From sequence record SRR31156797_15741: 33,168 bases of DNA; one strand, 5' to 3'. How positions within the stretch are numbered: the first letter of the stretch is position 1; each line of letters starts with the position of its first letter. The translations under genes were made by a program, and so were the position numbers. The notes under the pieces are model-generated. The model worked only from the letters and a program-made list of their open reading frames with translations. It was not told the origin of the DNA and did not search any database. Shown piece by piece: positions 1 to 9,306 of this stretch.

Positions 1-123
1 CAATGCACTTTGGTCCGGGGATTTTTTTTGGGCCAAGTTCAAATCGGCGCAGGATATCAGTAACAATACAACTCGATTTTCCTGCATAAAACCCAACAAC
101 TCAATAAAATGGGAGGAAATTTC

Positions 124-1596
124 ATGAAAAACAAGGCTGGCTTCTTAAAAGATTCATCCATTATCACAAAGCTCTTTTTGTGTGCGGCACTGCTTTTATT
201 TCTGCTGAGCGGTGTGGGTTTCGTACATGCCGGTTCAACACAGAACGCCGTTGTGGCAACAGCCGCCTCAGATTACAGCAGTTACGGTATTTCAGCCATT
301 ACGGTTAATCCAAAGACCGGGCCCCGAATCGCCGTCAACAACCTGCTTCCGGGAAGCAACGGCAGCACGGTCAAAGCCTTTGGGCAGTACTATTATCGAA
401 TCGAGCAGTTTCAGGCGGACAATGTCACCAAGGTCGACATCTCGTCGCCCAATACACCCATCTGGCAGTATTCAACGCAGGATGCAGGTGAAGCAAACAG
501 CAGCAACCCTTGGGACCTGGTCTTTGTTAGTTCCACCAAAGCCTATCTCATCCGTTACGGTTCCACCAAAGCCTGGATTGTCAACCCTTCCGCCACCACC
601 GAGGCCGGGTTTAAAATCGGCGAACTGGATCTCAGTGCATACGCGGATGCCGACGGCGTGCCGGAAATGTGCTGCGGCGTGATTGCCAATAATAAACTTT
701 TCATTGTCATGCAGCGCCTCGTCGACTGGTGCCCCACCGACATCGCCTATGTGGCCGTATTTGACACGGCAACGGACACTGAGATCAATACCGGCATGGG
801 TTCGGGCAGCAAAATCGGAATCCCCCTGACCGTTAAAAATCCGACCGCCATCCAATATATGGCCGAAAACAATTTGCTTTATGTCCAGGGGGTGGGGTCT
901 TTTCCCGGGGGCTATTGCGATCCCATCTACGAATATACCGGCGGCATTGAAAGCATCAATCCCGCCACCTATGCATCATCCATCGTCCTGGATGACGGTG
1001 ACGCCACCACACATCCTTACGGAGCCATATCCGGAATGCTGATTGCATCGCCCACAAAGGGGTACTTTGTTGGTTATGCCGGTTGGGGCGACAACACGCT
1101 CTATGCATTCAACCCCACCACCGGAGCGGTTTCCGGTGCAATTCCAGGTTTTCAGAATATTAACATTTCAGGCATGAATTCAGGTACTTACCTTGATGAA
1201 AACGGTATGATGTGGGTCTGTGATGCCACCAATGCGCAAGTCAAGATCATGGATACAACGAATAATACCCTTAACGAAAATATTGCCACAAACCTGAATC
1301 CCCAGAAAGTGGCATTTTGCACCAATGGAACACCTTTGGCACCGACCATAGGGTCTACGGTCTCAGGGAACTACGTAATGATCCACTGGGATACGGTTTC
1401 CGGTGCCGAAGGATACTACCTTTGGATTACAGAACCGGCAACCGGGTGGACCGTCCTGTACAACTGGGGCACGCAAACCAGCATCGATGCCATTCTTGCC
1501 GCCGGAACCTCTCTTTATGTATCAGTGATTCCTTACAATGCATCCGGCACCGGCACTGCGTCTAAAGTAGTCAATGTTGTTGCAGCTTCTTATTAA
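124..1596 (+). CDS. Secreted YncE/BtuG-like beta-propeller protein with C-terminal fibronectin type III-like domain
   Basis: ATG at 124 follows GGGAGG (111-116). N-terminal signal peptide (..GVGFVHA/GS). Repeated blade-like motifs (NPWDLVFVSSTKAYLIRY, NPTAIQY, NPQKVAF). C-terminal FN3-like signature (PLAP..HWDTVSGAEGYYLW..VSVIPYNASG). Lies next to a B12-regulated receptor. Confidence 0.6.
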   Translation: MKNKAGFLKDSSIITKLFLCAALLLFLLSGVGFVHAGSTQNAVVATAASDYSSYGISAITVNPKTGPRIAVNNLLPGSNGSTVKAFGQYYYRIEQFQADNVTKVDISSPNTPIWQYSTQDAGEANSSNPWDLVFVSSTKAYLIRYGSTKAWIVNPSATTEAGFKIGELDLSAYADADGVPEMCCGVIANNKLFIVMQRLVDWCPTDIAYVAVFDTATDTEINTGMGSGSKIGIPLTVKNPTAIQYMAENNLLYVQGVGSFPGGYCDPIYEYTGGIESINPATYASSIVLDDGDATTHPYGAISGMLIASPTKGYFVGYAGWGDNTLYAFNPTTGAVSGAIPGFQNINISGMNSGTYLDENGMMWVCDATNAQVKIMDTTNNTLNENIATNLNPQKVAFCTNGTPLAPTIGSTVSGNYVMIHWDTVSGAEGYYLWITEPATGWTVLYNWGTQTSIDAILAAGTSLYVSVIPYNASGTGTASKVVNVVAASY

Positions 1597-1635
1597 TAGA
1601 GAAAAAGCTTTAAAAACAGATTAAAACTCCTATAA

Positions 1636-1678
1636 ATCCGGAATCCATGGGTTTCCTTTGAATCCATGGATTCCGGAT
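1636..1678. terminator. Strong hairpin between convergent genes (probable terminator)
   Basis: ATCCGGAATCCATGG...CCATGGATTCCGGAT is a 15-bp perfect inverted repeat, extendable by G:U pairing, 40 nt after the stop of 124..1596. No U-tract, so the terminator role is inferred. Confidence 0.6.
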
Positions 1679-1715
1679 CATTCCCCCTCCCAAAACCCAG
1701 GTACATCTTCTACTT

Positions 1716-1967
1716 GAGATCTTTGATCTTAGACAATTTGATATTCCTGAGCCCTTACGACCTTGTCGGACAAAGTTTATTGCTTCAATACAGCGAATTC
1801 CATCAAAAGGTGAAAACCGTATGCAAATACAGACCGTTGTAGAGCCCCGGTTTGGACAATGGTTGTAAGGATTGGGAGCGAATCTAAGCAGGATTTGGCT
1901 AAAGTTGATCGAATATTGAGGATAAAACTAGCACAAGCTAAAATATTTAGAGTTTTTCAAAGGTCTC
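1716..1967 (+). mobile_element. Degenerate IS1182/IS5-type insertion sequence remnant
   Basis: Imperfect terminal IR: GAGATCTTTGA (1716) vs GAGTTTTTCAAAGGTCTC (ends 1967). One frame reads TVVEPRFGQWL*GLGANLSRIW, resembling the VEPxFG and AxNLxR motifs of DDE transposase C-termini. Confidence 0.45.
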
Positions 1968-1986
1968 AGATATATTGGGACCCGGT

Positions 1987-4008
1987 TTAATAACGATACC
2001 CCACTGTGAAATAAAAGGCACGACCCGGCATGGGATACCCGTTAAAATCTTCGTATTGCTGATTGGTCAGGTTTCTTCCTTCAAGGCTGAAGAGAAAGGA
2101 ATGAAAGAGCCAGGAAATGCCGGAATTGACCTCACTCTTGTCTTTGGCCGGAAGCAGGTTGGCGCTGTCATAATACATGCCGGTTTCCCGAAGATACTCA
2201 CAAAAGAGTTTAACGCCGGCGTAACGCGCCTCAAGCCGTCCCAGATAAGAGGTTTGAAATCGCCCCGGTAATATGTTCCCGTTAAACGCCTTGACCTGGC
2301 TCTTATTCACGGGATCCTGCCAGGTGGCGTTCCCCACCAACCGGAAGTATTTCAGAAAATCGATACGGATCTCACTTTCAACACCCCGGATTTCGGCTTC
2401 GGATATGTTCTGGGCCTTGCCGATCCCCCTTGAATCGTAGACAAAGGTAATGAGATCGTCCACATTGCTGCCAAAATAGGCCGCATTAACGGAGACGTAT
2501 TTTAACCACCAGAGTTTTGTGGGATACCGCACTTCAAAGCCCGCATCAAAGTTGACCCCCTTTTCCGCTTTCAGATCGGGGTTCCCCACAATAAACCCGC
2601 GATCACCGAACAATTCAAAAAATGACGGCTCTCGAGTATATTTCGCCAGATTGCTTCTTAAATTCAACCAGTTTATGGGACTGTACTTGACCCCGATCTG
2701 TGGGCTCAGATAATCCTCATTCCGTTCTCTTCCTTCCAGCGGTTTACCCCACATACTGGTGGCGCTCTTCAAATCATCCTTCAGATGCGTATACCTGAGT
2801 GCGGGCGATATGGTGAGCTTGTCTTGAAACAAAAACAGATTGTCCTGCAGACCCAGGTTCAATGTGTCTCGATTACTCTTGTTGGGATTTTTATGGGTCA
2901 GAAGATCTTCGGGATCGTAGGATTCATGATGAAAATCCGCCATGAAACTCAATACGTTCATATCGGTCAACCATTCCGTGAAAAAATCTCCACCATAGCG
3001 CTTCGTAATATATCGACTCTTCTGCCTGCCGAGTCCGATAGTGCCATGGCTGTCGTCATACAGTTCATCTTTGTAGGAATAGTCAATGCTGATCCGGGAA
3101 TTGAGACGAAGCGGCCCCAGATCATTGGCAATAAAACTCAGGGAAGTAATATTCCTTTCGGTTTCCAGTGAAGCATCAGCCTTTGGACTGTTGTTCCAGG
3201 TGGGCAACCCCTGATCCTTTGAAAAATACTGATTCACCAGATCGACGCGCAGATCATCCGAAAAATCATAGCCGACCTTGGCAAGGACATTCTGCTGATC
3301 AAACTGCGCGTTATTCCGTTTTACCCATTTGTCGTCATTCGGATTATATTTGGTATGGTTATCATACAGGTATTTAAAATCGTTATCGCTGGCCATATAA
3401 CCGGCGGAGACCAGATAGTCCCATTTCCCCGGCTTGTGATTGACGAAACCTGATGCTTTTCGGGTATTGAAAGACCCGTATCCCAGGGTAGCACTCGCTT
3501 TCAACCCTTCCCTGGCCCGAAGGGTTCTGATGTTCACGACACCACCGATGGACGCTTTATTGAAATTGACAGGGGTGACGCCCCGATAGACCTCGATGGA
3601 CGCCACATCGGAAAGGGCGATGGTACTCAAATCGACCCCGCCCCCCGAAGCATCATTGAGCAGAACACCGTCCATGAAGACCATCACCTGATCACTGGAG
3701 GAACCGCGCAGGGAAACGGTGGAAAAACTTCCCAGGCCGCCGGCCTGACGAACCTGAACACCGGCCTCATTTTGAAGCACTTCCGCCAAATCTTCCATCT
3801 TACCTTCGAATGCTTCACGCTCGATCACCGTCACAAAACCGGTTGTTTCCTCCAGGTCCACATCTCCGGTCTGATAGTCGGGCTGTTCCTGTTCAGCCGT
3901 AACCACCACTGTTCCCAGTGTTGTGGTTTTCTTTGACTCATCAGCCATGACAAATGATGGGTTTAAAAGATAGCAAATGATGAACAAAACACCTGTAATA
4001 CGTTTCAT
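1987..4008 (-). CDS. btuB: TonB-dependent outer-membrane receptor, probable cobalamin transporter
   Basis: Signal peptide MKRITGVLF..VMA, TonB box TVVVTA, plug motifs (SLRGSSSDQVMVFMDG, IEVYRG), GNPDLKAEKG, C-terminal GYPMPGRAFYFTVGYRY. Directly downstream of a cobalamin riboswitch. Start moved from 4182 (inside the riboswitch) to ATG 4008; 4020 is an alternative. Confidence 0.85.
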   Translation of the reverse strand: MKRITGVLFIICYLLNPSFVMADESKKTTTLGTVVVTAEQEQPDYQTGDVDLEETTGFVTVIEREAFEGKMEDLAEVLQNEAGVQVRQAGGLGSFSTVSLRGSSSDQVMVFMDGVLLNDASGGGVDLSTIALSDVASIEVYRGVTPVNFNKASIGGVVNIRTLRAREGLKASATLGYGSFNTRKASGFVNHKPGKWDYLVSAGYMASDNDFKYLYDNHTKYNPNDDKWVKRNNAQFDQQNVLAKVGYDFSDDLRVDLVNQYFSKDQGLPTWNNSPKADASLETERNITSLSFIANDLGPLRLNSRISIDYSYKDELYDDSHGTIGLGRQKSRYITKRYGGDFFTEWLTDMNVLSFMADFHHESYDPEDLLTHKNPNKSNRDTLNLGLQDNLFLFQDKLTISPALRYTHLKDDLKSATSMWGKPLEGRERNEDYLSPQIGVKYSPINWLNLRSNLAKYTREPSFFELFGDRGFIVGNPDLKAEKGVNFDAGFEVRYPTKLWWLKYVSVNAAYFGSNVDDLITFVYDSRGIGKAQNISEAEIRGVESEIRIDFLKYFRLVGNATWQDPVNKSQVKAFNGNILPGRFQTSYLGRLEARYAGVKLFCEYLRETGMYYDSANLLPAKDKSEVNSGISWLFHSFLFSLEGRNLTNQQYEDFNGYPMPGRAFYFTVGYRY

Positions 4009-4026
4009 GTATTTTTCCATATCCCC

Positions 4027-4067
4027 AAAAAAATAATCCCCGAGCCGAATAACCCGACCCGGGGATT
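4027..4067 (-). terminator. Intrinsic terminator, expression platform of the cobalamin riboswitch
   Basis: Minus strand: AATCCCCGGGTCGG-GTTAT-TCGGCTCGGGGATT followed by ATTTTTTT. The G:U pairs work only on the minus strand. Lies between the aptamer and the btuB start. Confidence 0.8.
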
Positions 4068-4130
4068 TCCCTTTTTTATCCTCAAGATCTAAACCGACCG
4101 ATGCGTCCACGCAACTGGCGGAATTCCTCA

Positions 4131-4312
4131 ATTCAGGCAGGTCTTCTGACTCCCTCCCTTTCTTGGCGACCTTCCCATTCACAAAAGCCTAGCTTGAACA
4201 GTGGTTAAAAAATGCCAAAAGCGTTCCCCTCTAATCAGAGGGCAGAGGTCACAGCGGCGGGCCCGTCCCGTTTTTACGGGGTTCCCTATTAAGCTCCAAG
4301 GAGCACCTGAGC
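4131..4312 (-). ncRNA. Cobalamin (AdoCbl-type) riboswitch
   Basis: Minus strand carries the hallmark motifs in order: TCAGGTGC..TAATAGGGAA, CCCGTAAAAACGGG, GCCCGCCGCTGT, CCACTG, TGGGAAGG, and the B12 box GAGTCAGAAGACCTGCCTGA that closes P1. Confidence 0.93.
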
Positions 4313-4319
4313 ATTTATC

Positions 4320-4347
4320 ATTAAACGATAGTCCTATAAAAAGTCAA
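4320..4347 (-). promoter_or_regulatory. Sigma70-type promoter for the riboswitch-btuB transcript
   Basis: TTGACT-16 nt-TTTAAT on the minus strand; the predicted start site falls at the riboswitch 5' end. Confidence 0.55.
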
Positions 4348-4487
4348 GTTAAAACAAGTGATCATTTTCATATATGGTCTTTTTACAGCTCTAACCAACC
4401 CCAATAAAAACTTGTCTTCCGGAAGCCATTATGAGAAATCTTGAAGAAATAGAAATATGATTGATTCCAAACAGAATAAGGGACGCC

Positions 4488-5735
4488 ATGAACCGCCGCT
4501 GGGCCATTTTCCTAATCACGTCATCCAATTTTTTCCTTTCTCAGTTCTACCGGGCCACCAATGCCGTGATTGCGGACCAGCTTCTCCTGGATCTCTCTCT
4601 GGACACCCAGGGGCTGGGTACCCTCAGCGCTGCATTCTTTTACGCCTTTGCCGTCACCCAGATCCCCATCAGCATGCTCCTGGACCGAATGGGTCCCCGT
4701 TTTATGATGACGGGCTTATCCATGCTGGGTATTGCGGGGGCGCTTATCTTTGCGTGGGCGGATTCTTTCGGAATGGGCCTTCTGGGCCGCATTCTGCTGG
4801 GGATCGGAATGGCCTGCAACCTGATGGGGACGTTAAAACTGCTCACTGCCTGGTTTCGGCCTACCACCTTCGCCACCCTATCAGGCATTGTATTTTCCAT
4901 CGGGACCGTGGGCAACATGGCCGCAACGGTTCCCCTGGCTTTTTTGGTGGATATGGTGGGTTGGCGACAGGCTTTCATGGCCATTGCCGGCGTCAACCTG
5001 TTGCTGGTTCTGGCACTTTACCTGGTTGTGCGGGATACACCACCGGATCGGGATGCCCAAAGCGTGGCAATAATGCCAAAAGTAAAGAGCAATCCACTCT
5101 CCGGGCTGACCATGCTTTTCAAAGAGCGGGCCTATTGGATTATTTCTCTCACAAGCTTCGTGGGTTACGGCATCTATGCTGCTTTTCAAACCCTCTGGGC
5201 CGGCCCCTATCTAACGGAAGTCATGGGGCTCAGTGTCATGAATGCCGGACATGTCATTCTGTTCATGAATGTGGGGGCCATCGCAGGCGGACCCTTCTGG
5301 GGATGGCTATCCGATAGGATACTGCATACCCGCAAGTGGGTTGTATCAGGCGGTATGGCAATCTTCATCCTCATCATATTGATACTGACCATACTTTCCT
5401 CAAAGACGACACTGGTCGCCCTGATAATGCTTTTTTTCAGTTTTGGATTTTTCAGATCCAGCGGAGCTTTGTTGTACGTCCATATCAAGGAAACCATGCC
5501 CATTGAGATGGCCGGAACCGCCATGACCGGGATCAATTTCTTCACCATGATCGGTCCCGCTGTTTTCCTTCAAGGCCTTGGGGTTCTCATGCAAACCCTG
5601 TATCCTGAATCCTCCAGAAGACCGGAGGCGTTTACGGCTTCTTTTGTCCTATGCGCCTGTTTGATTTTTCTGGTGTCGGTTCTTTACCTGTTTACCAGAG
5701 ACACCCTGCAAAAAACCGGAGAGCCTACTCGATGA
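4488..5735 (+). CDS. MFS transporter (UhpC/GlpT-like sugar-phosphate/anion permease group)
   Basis: About 12 hydrophobic segments, MFS motif A variants (LLDRMGPR, GWLSDR), FYR in TM1. ATG 4488 follows AAGGGA; the ORF track start at 4461 is an alternative. Confidence 0.85.
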   Translation: MNRRWAIFLITSSNFFLSQFYRATNAVIADQLLLDLSLDTQGLGTLSAAFFYAFAVTQIPISMLLDRMGPRFMMTGLSMLGIAGALIFAWADSFGMGLLGRILLGIGMACNLMGTLKLLTAWFRPTTFATLSGIVFSIGTVGNMAATVPLAFLVDMVGWRQAFMAIAGVNLLLVLALYLVVRDTPPDRDAQSVAIMPKVKSNPLSGLTMLFKERAYWIISLTSFVGYGIYAAFQTLWAGPYLTEVMGLSVMNAGHVILFMNVGAIAGGPFWGWLSDRILHTRKWVVSGGMAIFILIILILTILSSKTTLVALIMLFFSFGFFRSSGALLYVHIKETMPIEMAGTAMTGINFFTMIGPAVFLQGLGVLMQTLYPESSRRPEAFTASFVLCACLIFLVSVLYLFTRDTLQKTGEPTR

Positions 5736-5788
5736 ACGCGAAATAGGGACGGTTTCCGTTGTGAAGAATAGCGGCGCACCAGGGCCCG

Positions 5789-7858
5789 TTATATGGGCTC
5801 AACTTCAACGGCAACGGAATGGGTTCTGGAGGCCCTGCTGGGAAGGGTCGGCTGAGTTGAAGTCAGGGTGTTGGGCGAACCGGCCGTGTCGATGCCCTTC
5901 TCATTAAAATCAGGCCAAATCCCCTCTTCAAGGCACACTACCCCGGGCATGATATCGGTGAACACCCTGGCTTGGGTTTTGATCTTGCCAACCGTGCTGG
6001 TCACAAGCACCTGTTGACCATCTTGGATATTCCGTTTTTTGGCATCATTGATGTGAATCGCCAGACACTGCATATCCTCCCGAATATTCTGGGAATGGGT
6101 ACGATATTTGCTTTTTGGGGTTACCAAAAACAAAGGGTATGGGGGCTTGGGCGCCATGGTTCGCACATTGGGGTAACCGGGAAACCCCAAGGACTCGAAA
6201 TTTTTAGAATAAATTTCGATCTTTCCGCTGGGCGTCGGCAATTTATTAAGGTGGGGCGCCTGGATGAACGGCGCCAGCCCGATCCGTTTTTGGTCCCCTC
6301 CGAAATAGATACCGCTAGTCTTGAAACGATCCAGGTCTTCGATTTCCGATGATTCAAGAAAAAAATCCAGCCACTGATCGGCCGAAAGGCCTGAAGAATA
6401 CGATTCATAAAATCCCAACCGCCCGGCCAATTCACAAAATATATCATAATCATTTTTTGCTCCGGCCACCGGCTCGATGGCTTTTTGGGAATACAACAGG
6501 ATATTGTTGCTTGTGTTCAGCACATCGGAGCGCTCCAAGAAGGTGGTGACCGGCAGAACCACATCACAATATCGGGCCGTGGGGGTCATGAAATAGTCGT
6601 GGCAAACGGAAAAATCCACCTTCTCAAAGGCTTTGATATTCTTTTGAATGTCACTCCCCTGAACCAATAGGTTTCCACCCACATTATAGATGCATTTGAT
6701 ATCGGCCGGATAACCCGCGCGGGTACCGCCCAAAACCGCATCGGCCCATTCATATACGGGTATCGAAAAATGCTTCAGGGGATTTGGCGGCACTTCCATG
6801 GCGGGGATTCTCGGGCCGGGCAGCGCCCACCAGATACAGGTCCCGGCCGAGCCTCCCGGGATGCCGATATTGCCTGTGGCCAATTGTAAGGCGACCGCGA
6901 AACGAACGGCTTCCTCCCCCCCAACGGTACGTTGAACGGATAATCCCGGCAGCAGGGCGCAAGGTTTGGTTTTGCCGTACAAACGGGCGAATTCCTGAAT
7001 GGTGCGAGGGTCAACGCCGCAAATGGGAGCGGCCCAAGCCGGGGTTTTGGGCTGTCCGTCCAGCGTTCCATGGATGTATTCGTCAAGTCTGTGGAATCCG
7101 TGGGAACAGGTCTTGATGAAAGTTTCATCACGCAACTGCTCATGCTTCAACACATAGAGCACTGCCGCCATTAGGGCCGTATCCGTGCCGGGATAAACGG
7201 CAATCCATTGGGAAGAGAGTTTTTTGACACTGGCGGTTTTGCGGGGGTCGATGACAATAATCTTTCTGCCCTTTTTCTTCATTTGGCGAAGCTTGTCTTT
7301 CAGTTCACTGCCGAAACGACACACTTCCGAATTCAAGCCCCACAAAACAATCAAATGGGAATCATCCAGGGTATGGGGATCAATGCCTGTGGGGCTTGCG
7401 CCGAAAAGATAGGGCAGGGTAAAACCTGCGGCCCCGGCGCTGTAATTACCGACAGTCGCCGTATATCCGCCGAATAGGGAGAAGAAGCGCTGGGGCAGAA
7501 AAAAAGTGTTGTGCACGATCCCCCTGCAGGCGCCCGATCCGCCCAGGGGCAAGATCGCCTGATTGCCGTAACGCTTTTTAATGTCGCTTAGGTTTCGGGC
7601 AATGACATCCAGGGCCCGCGGCCAGGAAACGGTTTTGAAACGCCCTTTTCCACGCGCTCCCTCGCGGATGAGCGGTTGTCGGATACGTTGGGGGTGATCG
7701 ACCGCCTTGAGCATTCCGAACCCCCTGATACAACCCGCCATCATGGGGCTCTTAAGGGGATTATTGGTGATCCGTATCAGCTTGCCATTCTTTACATGGG
7801 CGATCAGCGGACACCCGCCGCCGCAATCCTTGTTGCAGGATACCGGTATTTTTTTCAT
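5789..7858 (-). CDS. Molybdopterin oxidoreductase, DmsA/BisC-type (Ser-ligated), no Tat signal
   Basis: CNKDCGGGC..GCIRG FeS motif, GNYSAGA (Ser ligand position), IDPR, PGTDTALM, MTPTARYCDVVLP, TPSGKIE, RTHSQ. Confidence 0.85.
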   Translation of the reverse strand: MKKIPVSCNKDCGGGCPLIAHVKNGKLIRITNNPLKSPMMAGCIRGFGMLKAVDHPQRIRQPLIREGARGKGRFKTVSWPRALDVIARNLSDIKKRYGNQAILPLGGSGACRGIVHNTFFLPQRFFSLFGGYTATVGNYSAGAAGFTLPYLFGASPTGIDPHTLDDSHLIVLWGLNSEVCRFGSELKDKLRQMKKKGRKIIVIDPRKTASVKKLSSQWIAVYPGTDTALMAAVLYVLKHEQLRDETFIKTCSHGFHRLDEYIHGTLDGQPKTPAWAAPICGVDPRTIQEFARLYGKTKPCALLPGLSVQRTVGGEEAVRFAVALQLATGNIGIPGGSAGTCIWWALPGPRIPAMEVPPNPLKHFSIPVYEWADAVLGGTRAGYPADIKCIYNVGGNLLVQGSDIQKNIKAFEKVDFSVCHDYFMTPTARYCDVVLPVTTFLERSDVLNTSNNILLYSQKAIEPVAGAKNDYDIFCELAGRLGFYESYSSGLSADQWLDFFLESSEIEDLDRFKTSGIYFGGDQKRIGLAPFIQAPHLNKLPTPSGKIEIYSKNFESLGFPGYPNVRTMAPKPPYPLFLVTPKSKYRTHSQNIREDMQCLAIHINDAKKRNIQDGQQVLVTSTVGKIKTQARVFTDIMPGVVCLEEGIWPDFNEKGIDTAGSPNTLTSTQPTLPSRASRTHSVAVEVEPI

Positions 7859-7932
7859 TTCATGACCCTACGTCAACAGCGATCTTCCGGTTCCAGCCTT
7901 TGAAGAGAACGTTGGAAACGTGGAAATCCAGG

Positions 7933-9306
7933 TTAGAGACCCATTTTTCCCGGATTCAGGATGTTGTTGGGATCGAAATAGTGCTTCAATCCCCGCATGA
8001 TATCGAGGGAAACGTCCCCGTGTTCCAACCCCATGAAGGGCGCTTTGGTCAAACCGATCCCATGCTCGCCGGTCAGGGTGCCGCCCAACTCAGTGACCTT
8101 TGTGAGCAGTTCAGTGGTAGCCAGCTGTAGTCTCTTTACCTCTTCAGGGACGGTAGGATCATAACTTATGGCCGGATGCAGATTGCCGTCGCCGGCATGC
8201 CCAACGGTTGGAATGCTCAGCCCGTATTTTTCACCCAGATCGGAGATAAATTTCAAGACCTCCGGGACTTTGGATAAAGGAACGGCCAAGTCCTCCACCT
8301 CCAGTGCGACGTTCAGTCTGAAAAGAACCCCACCAGCCGACTTTCTCGCTAACCACAATGCCCCGGCCTCTTCGGGCCCTTTGGCCATCTGAACATCCGC
8401 TGCACCGCTTTTTTTGAAAATAGCTATCATTTTCTCCAATTGCGCTTTTGTTTCCTCCCTTGTGAAACCATCCGCTTCAGCCAGGAGAATGGCAGCCGCT
8501 TCCGGAAGCCGCAGGTCGGTGTTCCGGTTGATGGCAATGAGGGTATTTCTGTCGATGATCTCAAGTACGCTGGGGATGATGCCCGAGCACACGATTTGGG
8601 ACACGGCCTCTCCTGCTGACGCCAGGCTGTCAAATGTGGCCCTGACCGTTCCGGTGTGGCGTGGTTTGGGGTTGATTTTCAGAATGACCTCGGTAATAAC
8701 ACCCAGCATCCCTTCCGAACCCACAAAAAGCCGGGTCAGGTCAAAGCCCGAAGAGGTTTTCATACACCTGGACCCGGTTTTGATCTTCCGGCCGTCACTT
8801 AGCACCACCTCCAGACCGAGAACATAGTCCCTGGTCACCCCGTACTTGGCCCCTTTCATGCCCCCGGCGTTCGTAGCCACGTTTCCGCCGATGGTGGCCA
8901 CCGTCCCGGAAGCGGGATCAGGCGGGAAGAAAAAGCCATGGGACGCCAGCGCCCTTTGCAGATCAGCATAGACCACTCCCGGTTGGACCACCGCCACCCG
9001 GTCCTCTATGCATATGTCGAGAATCCTGTTCATTCGGCAAAGGTCCATGACCAGGCCGCCCTTGACGGGCACACACAGACCGGCCAGGCTGGTGCCTGCA
9101 CCCCGTGCGGTCACGGGAATCCTCTCGCGGTTGCAAAACGTAAGCACCTCAGAGACCTGGTCCGCGTTGGTCACCCAGATAGCAGCCTCCGGGCGATGGC
9201 CGTGTGCTGTTGCATCGGTTGAATATGAGACCAGATCGATAATATGATCGCTGAAGTTTTCCGGTCCAACGATTTCCGCTAACGATTTTTTTATTTCAGC
9301 TTTCAT
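7933..9306 (-). CDS. FAD-linked 2-hydroxy-acid dehydrogenase (GlcD/LctD/D-lactate dehydrogenase family)
   Basis: RGAGTSLAG, PPDPAS, TIGGNVATNAGG, KYGVTRDYV, GSEGMLG, GHAGDGNLH, GEHGIG, FDPNNILNPGK. ATGA overlap with the upstream larA-like gene. Confidence 0.9.
   Translation of the reverse strand: MKAEIKKSLAEIVGPENFSDHIIDLVSYSTDATAHGHRPEAAIWVTNADQVSEVLTFCNRERIPVTARGAGTSLAGLCVPVKGGLVMDLCRMNRILDICIEDRVAVVQPGVVYADLQRALASHGFFFPPDPASGTVATIGGNVATNAGGMKGAKYGVTRDYVLGLEVVLSDGRKIKTGSRCMKTSSGFDLTRLFVGSEGMLGVITEVILKINPKPRHTGTVRATFDSLASAGEAVSQIVCSGIIPSVLEIIDRNTLIAINRNTDLRLPEAAAILLAEADGFTREETKAQLEKMIAIFKKSGAADVQMAKGPEEAGALWLARKSAGGVLFRLNVALEVEDLAVPLSKVPEVLKFISDLGEKYGLSIPTVGHAGDGNLHPAISYDPTVPEEVKRLQLATTELLTKVTELGGTLTGEHGIGLTKAPFMGLEHGDVSLDIMRGLKHYFDPNNILNPGKMGL

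Noticed and set aside
4009-4182. N-terminal extension of the TonB receptor ORF
   Set aside because: Overlaps the riboswitch and its terminator and precedes the signal peptide.
4457-5317. 286-aa ORF overlapping the MFS gene in another frame
   Set aside because: Low-complexity G/H/R-rich translation; the MFS frame is intact, so there is no sign of a frameshift or dual coding.
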